In this document: positions 11,462 to 22,377 of the stretch, one piece after another
Position numbering within the stretch: position 1 is the first letter of the stretch
Layout: every line of letters begins with the position of its first letter
Assembly: GCA_000320545.1 (NCBI GenBank)
Contig: ADNK01002335.1
Location: 1 to 32,103 of the forward strand
Direction of reading: 5' to 3'
Source of the DNA: Bigelowiella natans CCMP2755
Lineage: Eukaryota > Protista > Cercozoa
Length of the DNA: 32,103 nucleotides
Notes under the pieces: model-generated
The model's input: the letters and a program-made list of their open reading frames with translations, nothing else
What the model was told of the DNA's origin: nothing
The model's database searches: none
Made by a program: the position numbers and the translations under genes

Positions 11462-12961
11462 TTCTCTTTTTTTTGGCGCTGTCATCATGTCATCCTCACC
11501 TGATTTTCTCCTTGAAGAGATCGTCTTTATTGAACAGCACCGAGATCGGGATGCCGTGCAGCACGGGGTCCCGGCACACCTTCTCGAAGTTCTGCAGCTG
11601 CATGCAGAGGGCGTTGTTGGTGTGCTTGTCGTCCACCTGTCAAGGAGGAGAAGAAGAAGAAGAAGAAGATGATGATGATGATGACGAAGAAGAAGACGAA
11701 GAAGAGATGTATAAATGGTAGCGACGAGGTAACCAAGTAAAGGAAACAGCGAATAACCAAAATCTAACATGGAATGGGAAAATAGTGAGTGGGTAGGTCC
11801 GGTGTTGGTGAAGACAGATGCCCTGCTCATCAGTACTTTTCGCTGATGACCCTTACTGTTGGATGGACGTTGGGCGCATGAGAATGAATGACTACCTGAT
11901 CGTACGTGCTGAGGTCCACGACGAAGAATATTCTCGTGTGCTTCGAGAGATACTTGACCCAGCTGATGTAGAAATGATAGATGTATTCATCAGTGTGTGT
12001 ATGTGTGTGTGTACGCGTGTGTGTGCGTTGGTCGTCGATATATCAGATAGTAGGCAACGATATCCTCGTTGTTTGACTCGTAGCGTTGTATCTATTCGCG
12101 CGCTGCGTGCTTGCGTGAATGCGCACCCGCGATTCTCGATCGTGTCATTTTCGCCAGAGAGGTCCACCAACTTAATTTCCAGCTGTCGACCAAAACAACA
12201 CCACAACGCACTTTAAGATAAGCGGAACTCGGAGGTGGAAACTATCTTAGAAAGGAAATTGTCTAATTTATATGCAAGAAAGAGGATCTTTTTTCTCTGT
12301 CGTAGCTCGCGTCGTTAACGGTTACTTTCTTCTGGTTGATCTCGAAGCCGAAGGAGACAACCCGCAGCGCTCCCTTGGCGTTCTGCTCCGGCCAGCGAAT
12401 GATGTCTTCATCGCTCGGTAAGTACCCGTCGGACTGTGCGGCCGCCAGTAATAAATAAAGAACGAACGAATCAATACGGCGATCAAAATCGCATTGTCAT
12501 CGGTGGCGCAGAGACGCAACATTAGCAACGAAAATGACGATGATGACACGACGATGATGGCGGCATGCTCACGCCCCGTCACTACTAGGAGCACGATATC
12601 AGCTTCGGAATAGCGTCCAGACGGTTTGCACAACTACCTTGGGATTATGTTTGCCGCTGCTGTCGCTGCTCCTCTTAGAATCGGCTATAGATCCTTTTGT
12701 GCTCTCCTCCGCAATCGTCTCGGTGCGTTCGAAGAAGTAAGCTGCAGAGTCACCCACGCTGTACCTGAGGCGTTCATGCACAAAGAACCTCTCAAATGCG
12801 CGAAATCGCAATTGCCTTCACCCCAAGAAACAGATTCTCGCCTCGGTCGGTGGAAATCGCGGGAGGGAAGATTTTAAATGTCGTGCTCCTCGTCTATGAA
12901 GCCCGTGATTAGAGATGTTCTTCACGCTCATATGTACACATGGGTACATCCAATCTTTACT

Positions 12962-13004
<43 letters not shown>

Positions 13005-13542
13005 TCATACGTTCCGAAATGATATCTGAGCGCATAGGCCTTCTTGATGCTCTCCTGAGCCCACAGTTGTGCGATGGCCTTGCCAAGCTTGGCCGAGAAC
13101 TGCAAGCTCTCCTACGATTTGGGGGGGGGGAGGGAGGGGGGATGAGAAACATGTGTTGATATTCACATATGATGAGCGAAGGCACTTAGCATAGACCATC
13201 CCCCCCCCCTCTCCTCTTTGCCCCTCTCTTTTCCCAGGCAACAGTCTTGGTATTGAGTGATCCTCACCGTTCTATGTAGCTCCTTCCAGGCGTCCTCAAT
13301 TGTCTATCAGTGCGGGTGCGCGAGATGCGTTTGTGAGTGATGTTAAATTTTTACGTGTAGATATACGAATAAACTAATTTCATTGTTTCGTTTTTTTGTG
13401 GGAAGCATAGTTGGGATCTGAATCGGGGATGCCACTCGAGATGATGTTGTTTGCGTTTGCGAGCACGATGATTATGGCGTGCCTCACCTCAATCGCTTCT
13501 TGGCATTTGTCTCCGAGATCGAATTGCTTGAAGAACCTTTAA

Positions 13543-13583
<41 letters not shown>

Positions 13584-13678
13584 GGAGAGAGAGGGAGGTG
13601 ATATTAAACCATCGATAAGGTGTCGGTGGAGGCTGTGTATGTGGTACCCCATCACCCCCTCCCCCTCTCCACCCCCAA

Positions 13679-13709
<31 letters not shown>

Positions 13710-14364
13710 ACCATCATCACCACCACCACCATTGGCAGCATCATCATAATCTTCGTCTCGTGCTCCACAAACGCGCTAGCCCACGCACTCATTCTTCCAA
13801 TCTTCGAGCTGCTTCGGGTTGATGAGGCTCTTTTGCTTGGCCTTGAGCTCCTCCGCAATGGCAACAATCGCGGGAACCTTGTCCAGATCGTTCTGCGCCT
13901 CGATCAGCAGCTGTCGGTAGCGGTGGAACATGTCGCCACACCTGGAGGAGAGGAGGGAGGGAGGGGGCGGGAAGCAGGGGAAGTTAGGTGGGTGATTTGT
14001 GGTTGGGGGTATCGAGCGAAGATAATAATGTTTTCCCAAAAAATCGTGATCTCGAGTCGTTGTTGCGCCTTACTCTGCCTTAGAGCTAAGATGCCTCTCC
14101 AAGAGCTGCAGAGACTCCTTGCGGTTGCTCGTCTTCAACATCCCTTTTATCTGCCCTATCAGGCCCGATTCACTCATACCGTGCGACTGTATTGGTCAGG
14201 AAGGGGGGGTGGGGGGGGGGGGGGGATGGTGAGAATACACGCTGCTATTCGTTTTCAGGTGAGTGCTGGGGAGGGCACGGTGAAGATGCGATCGGGTTCA
14301 GAAAGACCTTCTGGCGAAGGCGATTGCAATGATAGATCATCCGTCTCATTGCCACTATGACCCT

Positions 14365-14406
<42 letters not shown>

Positions 14407-14952
14407 TCCATGTCCCCCCCTTAAAAGCTTTCAAAAAATTGGGGGGGATGTCTGAACAATAACCCAAACCCCCCCCCCCCCACACACACACACAAACACA
14501 CAAGCATACGATGCAATAGCCACATGTAGCTGTCGCACACTCTCTTCGTCGCAACAAAAAAAGGAACCAGCGACAGCAGCAGCAGTAGCGACAACAACTG
14601 GTGAAAAACAACGACGACAACTACCAACCCTTTGTAAATCAATTCTCTACACTTGACACGGTGCTCATCCAAGTTGCGCTTGCAGTGACGCATCAGCTGA
14701 AGACACATAGCATTATCGTATTAGCTGTAGCAACACACAACTCTCTCTCTGCTCTCTCTCTCTCTCTCTTTCTATGTACACTCACATGTGTATGGGAGAG
14801 GGGGGAGAAAGGCGAAACTGCTGTCAGCATTTAAGTATATCAGCATCGCGGCCCTCCATCACCTGCTTCCTCACTGTCGACTTTCCTGACCCCAAATGAC
14901 CGACAAGAAGAATCTGCAACGACACACACACACACACACAGGAGGGGAAGAA

Positions 14953-14983
<31 letters not shown>

Positions 14984-15145
14984 TTTAAATATGGAACAAA
15001 TCGAAATAGTTTAAAAAAAAAAAAAAAATGAATAAAAGCGGTCGTTGCAGCAGGCCAAGGTTCCAACAAAGTGCGTGTAAACACCTCAATCTCGAGGTTA
15101 TGCATCTTCTTCTCGATCTCCTTCTTGTCAATGATCTTCTCATAC
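11093..15145 (-). other. G-alpha domain portion of the giant gene
   Basis: G1 ILLVGHLGSGKSTVRKQ (14913-14863). Helical domain IAQLWAQESIKKAYALR and GDSAAYFFERTETI. YLPSDEDIIR (12433-12326). G3 KLVDLSGE (12182-12127). IFFVVDLSTYDQ (11962-11896). G4 VLFNKDDLFKEKI (11636-11500). PLSVCFPD...LKYIQDKF...G5 HIVSAVE. The motif order is that of heterotrimeric G-alpha. Confidence 0.92.
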
Positions 15146-15466
15146 CTAGCAAGAAGAAAACTGTACATGAGTGGGGGGGGAAGAGTTGGCAACAAATATT
15201 CCTAGCCAGGTGGGAGGCACGTAGTTATCCTTGCTTCACGCACCCTCACGATCTATTCCTCTCGCCTCTTCTCCTCTCCCTCTATATGGGATGATGATAT
15301 GCACGTGTCTGTGTGCGTGCTCTCGATGATTGGGGCCTTACTGTCTGAAGACTCTCCTTCGGCACTTGCTGTCTTTCGTCGTCGCGAAGTTCTGCATCAG
15401 ACTCCAGACATCCCTCTCCTCAAGCAATCTGACATTTTAAGGAAAATTCACAGAGATTGTAATGTC

Positions 15467-15518
<52 letters not shown>

Positions 15519-18500
15519 TCAGAGAGGCGGAGCACCAATGCATGCATTGCTGGCCCTTTTTCACACTGACGACACCTGTGCTTCTCCTGTAGCAACGACA
15601 TGAAGGCGGTGGTTTCTCCCAGAAGAGGGATCTCCTTGAGGAGCAGCTCAACGCTCGACTTGATCTTCTTCGAGAGGGCGTTCTTCTCCACACCGAGGTG
15701 GTCCATCGCCGAGAGGCGCAGCTGCTGCAGAAAGAGCAGTGCTTTCTTAAGGAGGGCGACCTCGACGTGGATGTTCTTGAGCCACACACTCCCCACGGAC
15801 CGCAGCGTCATGGGCGCCACCGTGCGCGGAGTTGCCGGGGCGCTCTTCGACCGAATCCGCGAGGATCTGGGGCTTCCTGTCCCTCCTTCCCCTGGGCCGT
15901 CCTCCAGAATCTTCTCCCTACGCTGTCTGAGGGCGCTCTCGAGTGCTCGCTGGTCCAGCACGAACCCAGCTGAGTCCGCACCCCCCTCGCCGCCGTGGAG
16001 GTCGCTGTCCTCGCGCACCTGCAGCGCGTGGATGCAGAGCCGCTTGGAGTTGATGAGGTGCTCGTCGTCAAGGCCACGCATCTCGCGGCGGAACATGTAT
16101 TCCTTGGCGGTCGGGTCCGGGATGAACAGCTTCTTCGACGGCGTCTGCAGCACCAAGCACTCGGCCAGCTTCACAAGGTGCGCCGTGTTGTTCCAGAGGC
16201 AGTTCAGGTGCGGGGTCAGCTCGGAGGAGAACTCGGCGATGTGGTACTGCGCCGTGGTGATGATCGAAAGAAGGATCTGGTGCATGAGCTTGATGCTGGT
16301 GGAGTGGCACGGGGCCATGACCGCCAGGATTGTGGATCGGATGACGCTTGCGAACCCGGAGAGGTTGCGGTTTGACAGCGCCTGCCAATGCAGGGTGTTG
16401 ATGATGGTGATCAGATATGCCTGGCACCTGCTGGCTAAAGAGCTGCGGATGGATGGGATGTCAAAGAGCAGGGGTAGCAGGCTTGTCTGCCACTTGGAGC
16501 ACCCCATCAGTGTCTCGCAGTTGACTGTGTTCTTCACCAGGATGTAGAGGATGTCTTTCACGCTGTTATTCGAACGGGGGGGGGGGAGATGGGGGGAGAA
16601 GATAAAGAAGATCAGGTCCCAGTAAATTAATGCTGTGCACCCGTTGTGCGTGTAAGTATGAATGATGCAGAACGCGGAAGAAAAAATGGACCGAAAATTC
16701 ACCAAAATCATCCTTATTTTGTGTTGTGGGCTCAAGCGCTTATTTCACTGAATCATTGATTTTTGAGATGTTGCAGTTTGAAAGAAATCATCATCATTAT
16801 CTTTTTCTTCTTTTTCATATCCTCGTCATCATCATCATCATCATCATCATCGTCGTCGTCGTCGTCGTCGTCGTCATCGTCATTATCATCATTATCACAA
16901 ATCCACAAAGCAAGCAATGACTAACCCTTGGAGCCTCGGGTAGATGTGGCTACCATTGAGGTTCGCAAAGACGGCGAGCCAGACGCTCGGGTTCTGCACG
17001 TGCCGGTCACTCTGCCTGAAGGTCCGCCCGATGTCGCTGTTCAGCTTTTCGATGGGCGTCGTGAGGATGCCGAGAAGGGCCTTGTGGATCTGCAAGATCT
17101 TGTCGATCGAGACCGAGGACGTGATGGTGGCTATGTAGCGAGCAAACTTGACGCCCAGCGTCTCCGGATTGACGGCGCAGGCCAGGCGCTGCTTCGTGAC
17201 CAGGAGCAGCCAAAGGACTCGCAGTCCGAGCGACTCCCCCTTCTCCCCCATGACATGGTTTTGGATGGCCTCGATGAGCGTCTCGACGACCTCGGACCGC
17301 GTGTCGATCAGGTAGCGAAACACCATGAGCTGCTCGTCGATATCCAGCATGGAGGTCATGTCCTTGGTGATGCGCGTGTTCTTGAAGCTCAGTGCGGTGG
17401 TGTGGTCGCCCTGAGCCCAGGAGATGATCTTGCGGTGCCTCCCCTTCGGCGTTTCAGCCGTCGCCTTCGCATCTGGCTGCTCGGTAGCTTTGAAGTTCCC
17501 CAGGTTGCTGAAGCTGTCCATGAGCTTCGCAGAAGAAGGAGCGCCCGTGGGCTTGAGAGAGCCCCTCTTCCGACTCATCTGGCTGTTGAGGATGGCCATC
17601 CGGACCTTTGAGCGTTCTATAGATTTTGGCGGCGGCGGCGGCGGAAATTTCTTTAGATTCGGGGAGCTGACGGACGTTGCAGAGCGCTTGTGCTTCTTAT
17701 TATGCTGCCGCCGCTCTGTCTTCTGCGGGTTCACAGCAAGATGCTTCATCTTGGGTGGCGGGGGTGGGGGAGGGCGGCGCGGCGAGCGCGAGCCTTTGCG
17801 TCTCGAAGGCGAAACAGAACCGCGGCGCATCCTTGAGGGGGGAACTCGCGAGGAGACTGCCGTTGTCGCCGGTGACGCGAGTCGCCTGGAAGAGGGTCCT
17901 ATAGCTCCTCCCCCCCCTCCTCCAACTTCCCCAATCGTCCTTCTAGATGTGGACAAATCCATTGGCTTCCCTCCTTCCGTCCCGTGGAGAGTAGAGCCAC
18001 TGACAGGGAGGTTGACGCTGGAGTACCTGATGATGATGAGTGAGGATGAGGGTGATGAAGATGAAGATGAAAGTGATTCAGGTTGCTTATAATCATTGGT
18101 GTGAGAGGGCGATTTGCGTTGTTGCCTCCACGTCTCCTTCCTCCCCTTGATGTTCAAAGTGCCTCTCCTCGTTACTACCCTTATTGGCCTAGATACCCCC
18201 TCCCCCCTCCTCCCCCTCGTGCACATTATGTAGTAGTAAGGAGTGGTAGTAGTAGTTGCAGTACTCAGTAGCGTCGATTTGGTTGTGCGAGCTCGTCGGT
18301 CCATAGCCGCCTTGCCGCAGGGCCTTTTTGATATCGGCATCTGAGCGGATGCTGCTCGGGTTCTCGCTGTTGCGGCGGCTGGGGTTTCGGAGGTTCACGC
18401 GCCGCCGCCCGGATGGATCTAACCGCGGCGTGACGGAGCCCCATTTGCTGACGTTCACTTGGGGGTCTGCAAAGACGAGTAGAGAGAAGGAGCGGGAAAG

Positions 18501-18769
18501 AGCGGGGGGGAGAAAGGATCAGGGAGTCAAAAGGAGGGTTCGTTCGAAGATGGTCGTGTTATTTTAGTGCTTGACCAACTCCATGCCCTATCCCTGCTGC
18601 ATCCCCCCACGGGAACACCATTACTAGGCCCCTGTCCTATGCTACTTACCGCCCGCTTGGCTTTCGGCTCGGGGAGGAGAAATCAGCAGGTGAATGAATA
18701 ACCGCAGGATGGTCTCGTTGTTTGTGAAATGAGTCAGTAGCTTCTTCAACAGGCCCTGGCAATGTAGTA

Positions 18770-18805
<36 letters not shown>

Positions 18806-20426
18806 TGGTGTGCATGTGAATCATGAATACCTAGCGCTGTACATCAGGGTGGCAAATGTACGCTATTAATATTCTCCAATAGTGATAATAAGGAAGGAGC
18901 ACAACCGCAGGAATCTATGTCCTCTCCCCCCCCCCCCCCCTCCCCTCCTCCTCCTCCTTCACTTCCCTTCTCTATTCTACTATCATTTACCTGGTTACCG
19001 AGACCTAGCTTATAGAGCTCAGAACCGAACACGTTCTCCTCATCCGTCACCGTGCTGCGACAAAGCATCGCTTTAGGCAAGAGCAAGCGTGGAATGTACT
19101 CCAAGATACTTTCTTAACCTATCTGCCCCTCTCCCTCTCCCTCTCTCTCTTTCTCTATCTCTCCCAGTCACCCTCAGGGTGGAGCAAATACAAACCTCTC
19201 TCCAAGATGATTAGGCTGGTTTTGTTTTCCCTCCTGGTGCCAGAATGTCTTCAGCCATGTCGGAGCTTGCGTGCGGTCTGATGGTTGATATTTGTGGACG
19301 CGTCGTACGTGATATTTAAGGGAGCGTGATGATGTGGATAGCTAATAGGCTGCGAATATGCACAAATATGAGTATTAAAACCTTTCGAGGCCCTCTTCCG
19401 ATCTCCGCCTCGTCGCACGTGCGATATAAGCTCACCAATCATCTGCCGAAGGGATATACATCAGAAAAGACAACGAAAATGGGATACATCGGCAGTTGCT
19501 TTCGGTGTGAAATTAACCTTCGACCATTGCAGAGCACCCTCCGGTGTCGTATCCATAAGCTTTAATACCCTGAAGACAATAACACGGTCATATATACAAA
19601 TTGATAAATAAATAAATATTTTACATATGTAACGGGACCTATCGTCAGTGATGATGTCAAACCGACGCCCTGCTTTCTTAGGCAAGAGGTTCACACTCAA
19701 AATATCCGCCACTGACACAAACCCTGAGAATTACGAGGATGTCAGATGAAATAACGATCCATTCAGAATAATCACAGAAGCCGCACCCAATGGGAAGTTT
19801 TCGCCAGGATTCTTGTACCACGTCAGAGAATTGCTGCCGATAACGAAGTACCTGCCGGTCAACACACCATTGTCACCTAGAGGCTCTGAATTCCAGATGA
19901 GACATGGTATCTAAGGGTGCAATGGTACCGTTTCTCCCATCCAACGAAGTTTGCGTTCTTCTTCATCAAGAACCCCGCTTTAAGCGTCGTCGAAATCCCT
20001 TCCGATTCTACGTTTCATTTTGTTTTCAAACATGGGTGTCATACGTAGGAACTGGGCAATGGTCTGATCATACCCCAGATATAAAGATTACCTGCATTGG
20101 AGTGGCAGTGGCCAACACTTCGAATGGCCTCGAGGATTTTCTTCTTCTGCTTCTCCAACCCGCTTTTATCTAGCAAAGCAATTCCCTTGCCGAAGTTGAT
20201 GAAAGACTTCTTTTTTCTATGCCGCCTCGAAATCATATTCTTCCCTTATAGCTTACTTCCTTATACGTGTGTCGTAGCGATCATCGATATCACTTCTGCG
20301 GCATAAATTATGAGCACTTGCATAAGAACATTTATCAACACCCAAGACGTTACGACTGGGCAGAGCAAAACGTGATACCCCGTGCTTCACGTCAAAAAGG
20401 TATTTCTCATCATAGATTATTTCCAT
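11093..20426 (-). CDS. Extra-large multi-domain G-protein alpha-like protein (PH - Pro/Ser-rich linker - neurobeachin/BDCP alpha-solenoid - G-alpha); more than 20 exons; 5' end uncertain (about 20430-20610)
   Basis: A phase-compatible GT-AG exon chain can be followed from the PH exons through two long exons (18024-16926, 16561-15575) into RLLEERD...RRVFRQ | YEKIIDKKEIEKKMHNLEIE | ILLVGHLGSGKSTVRKQ and on to the stop at 11093. No intervening stop or intergenic-type sequence was found. Confidence 0.78.
13548..13706. repeat. (GA)n and (CT)n microsatellites facing each other within one intron
   Basis: (AG)n at about 13548-13591 and (CT)n at about 13679-13706. Confidence 0.9.
15575..17350 (-). 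other. Neurobeachin/LRBA (BDCP, DUF4704-like) alpha-solenoid region of the giant gene
   Basis: GLRVLWLLL...HKALLGILT...VQNPSVWLAVFANL...RLQGVKDILYILVKNTVNCETLMGCSKWQTSLLPLL parallels, from memory, neurobeachin/LRBA ALKAMGYFL...YNVLFEIL...IQNPQILKVIATLL...RRAFLSDMIKLFNNSRENRRSLLQCSVWQEWMLSL. Confidence 0.68.
16824..16895. repeat. Compound (CAT)n(CGT)n trinucleotide microsatellite, intronic; similar trinucleotide tracts at about 2055-2100, 2240-2273, 3622-3655, 11648-11705, 18765-18803, 21923-21953 and 28027-28132
   Basis: Direct reading of the sequence. Confidence 0.9.
19515..20007 (-). other. PH domain (four exons) near the N-terminus of the giant gene
   Basis: LKAGFLMKKNANFVGWEKR | YFVIGSNSLTWYKNPGENFPLG | FVSVADILSVNLLPKKAGRRFDIITDDR | VLKLMDTTPEGALQWSK fits the canonical K.G.L.K...W..RYF.L....L.YYK...P.G.I...F.I.T..R...W PH pattern. 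Confidence 0.9.
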
Positions 20427-20619
20427 ATTCTGGCGTGCGTGATTGGACACTTCTTCCCAAACCTCCCCCCCCCCATTCCCCTTGCGGAGCACAGTCGCAT
20501 CATTCACCCCGAGGGAAGTCAGTTTCTTTTCAGGCTAAGGAGAACCCCACTGCAGATGTCGCACCATCAATATGAAGGACATTCCAAACGGTATTTCCTC
20601 AAGGTGCGCATGAGTTGTC

Positions 20620-21135
20620 GTATGATAATAATGTCAATCTTTTCTACTTATGCGACTTAGATATTCGCAAGCTTTTACAGCTGCAGCGCAGGGCCGAAAA
20701 GTATTTTCCAGCTAAGTAACCGATATCCTTTGAAGTCAGTGAAACTGTTCCGCCGGAATTAATTCTCCTAGAAACAAAGGCTGTTTATTTTCTTTCCGAC
20801 TAGCTCCCCCCGAAACCTGCGAAAAATCGTATTAAAAAAACGGGGGAGAAAATCACCCTGAAAACAACCAAAACTAGGTGGAGGAAGAATGAAAAACCCC
20901 GAGTCAGCGTTTGGTCCGGGCGATATTGTTCTTTGGAATGTTCCGAATATTTTAGTCAAATCTCAGTATAAAATCTGACTAAATTCGCAGTGTAAAAGGC
21001 CAATCATACCCCAGGCGAAGTGATCCCATCGAAGTATCAATTGATTTCGTGCCTCAAGAGGTAGCGAGCAAGGGGAGAGCTTGGAAGAAAGGACATTGCT
21101 GCTTCCTCTGCCGCTTTGCAAGAGGAGGAGGGACC
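20620..21135. promoter_or_regulatory. Divergent intergenic region giant G-alpha / TH1-TH1-DH RhoGEF
   Basis: About 500-700 bp between head-to-head genes; TATAAA at 20967-20972 lies inside an inverted repeat. Confidence 0.55.
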
Positions 21136-21921
21136 ATGTCAACGAAGGTTTACAAGAAAACGACGTATGTGGCCTCCCAGCTCACCGAGGCTCAGAGGAT
21201 GGAGATCATGAAGAAGATAATGACAGGTTTGTTCATTTGGGGATGGGGTCTTCACTTTCGGTGTCGTGACGCACTTGAACTCCTTTGAAAACGGAAGGAA
21301 AAGTAAATATGGTGAGATAACCACCCCGGAAATCCTTTTTATCTCAGGCGCAATGACACAAGAGGAAGCTTACGCAGCTGTGGTCAAAGATGCGCAGGTC
21401 ACGCCTCCCCCACTTCACTAGTGACCTGCTTCGAAAGAGGCATTATCAGATGATGTGAATTCACACTAATGACTATTGTTTTGAATAACCTCAGAAATCA
21501 GCCGATGTCAAGCCCACAGGTCATTATATTGGGGGCCCTTGTTTGAATTATTTAAAAAAAAGAAAAATGGAAGCATCCCCCCCCCCAATAAAAGTAAATA
21601 TCGTACTCCTCCTCTCTGTAGATCGCCTGCAAGTCTCGAAGGAAAAGAACTGGCTGGCATACATCAAGAAAGAGAAGCTATTCGAGGTGCGTTTGCGTTT
21701 CAGATCACTTCCCTATGTTTGGAATCGGCACGCTGTTGGGGGGGGGGGGAGCGCGACAGCTTCTATTTAAAAAAAAATCTGGATCCTTCATGAATCTCTT
21801 CCAACATAAATTACAGAAAGTAATATTCTCGGACTATGTGATGAAGATCAACGCCCAAGGACGCAAGCAACAGCGCATCATCGTCATCACAAATATAGCC
21901 CTGGTATGGTAAAATGCGTGT

Positions 21922-21956
<35 letters not shown>

Positions 21957-22328
21957 CGAAAGTGAATAAGACAACACAGCGCGACAAGAGGGAGTTTAGC
22001 ACTTCAGTAGAGCTGTGAGGGAAATTATGGAAGATAAAGGACTCTTGAAAGCCATAATACCAATCATACACATACACACACGCACATACACACACGCACA
22101 TACACACACACACACACAGACGACAACACACATATACAGACATAAACACACATGAACATACGTACACCGAAGCCCGCGAGAACGCGCGCACACACGCACA
22201 TACCTTCCAGTACAATATGAGCGAGAAGTACCAAGTCAAGCGGCGGGTGCTGCTGAACGATATTGCGACTGTTACCGACTCAGAACGCTCGGAAGGCCTC
22301 ATCCTGGTCGATATGAATATACTTCACA

Positions 22329-22377
<49 letters not shown>

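Noticed and set aside
13620-14360. 246-aa plus-strand ORF
   Set aside because: It runs through microsatellites and antisense to G-alpha exons.
15600-18092. Long plus-strand ORFs (315, 227, 222 aa)
   Set aside because: Antisense shadows of the GC3-rich long exons of the giant G-alpha gene.
20092-20216. SAM domain suggested by LEKQKKKILEAIRS
   Set aside because: Only the last helix resembles SAM, and the upstream exons could not be resolved.
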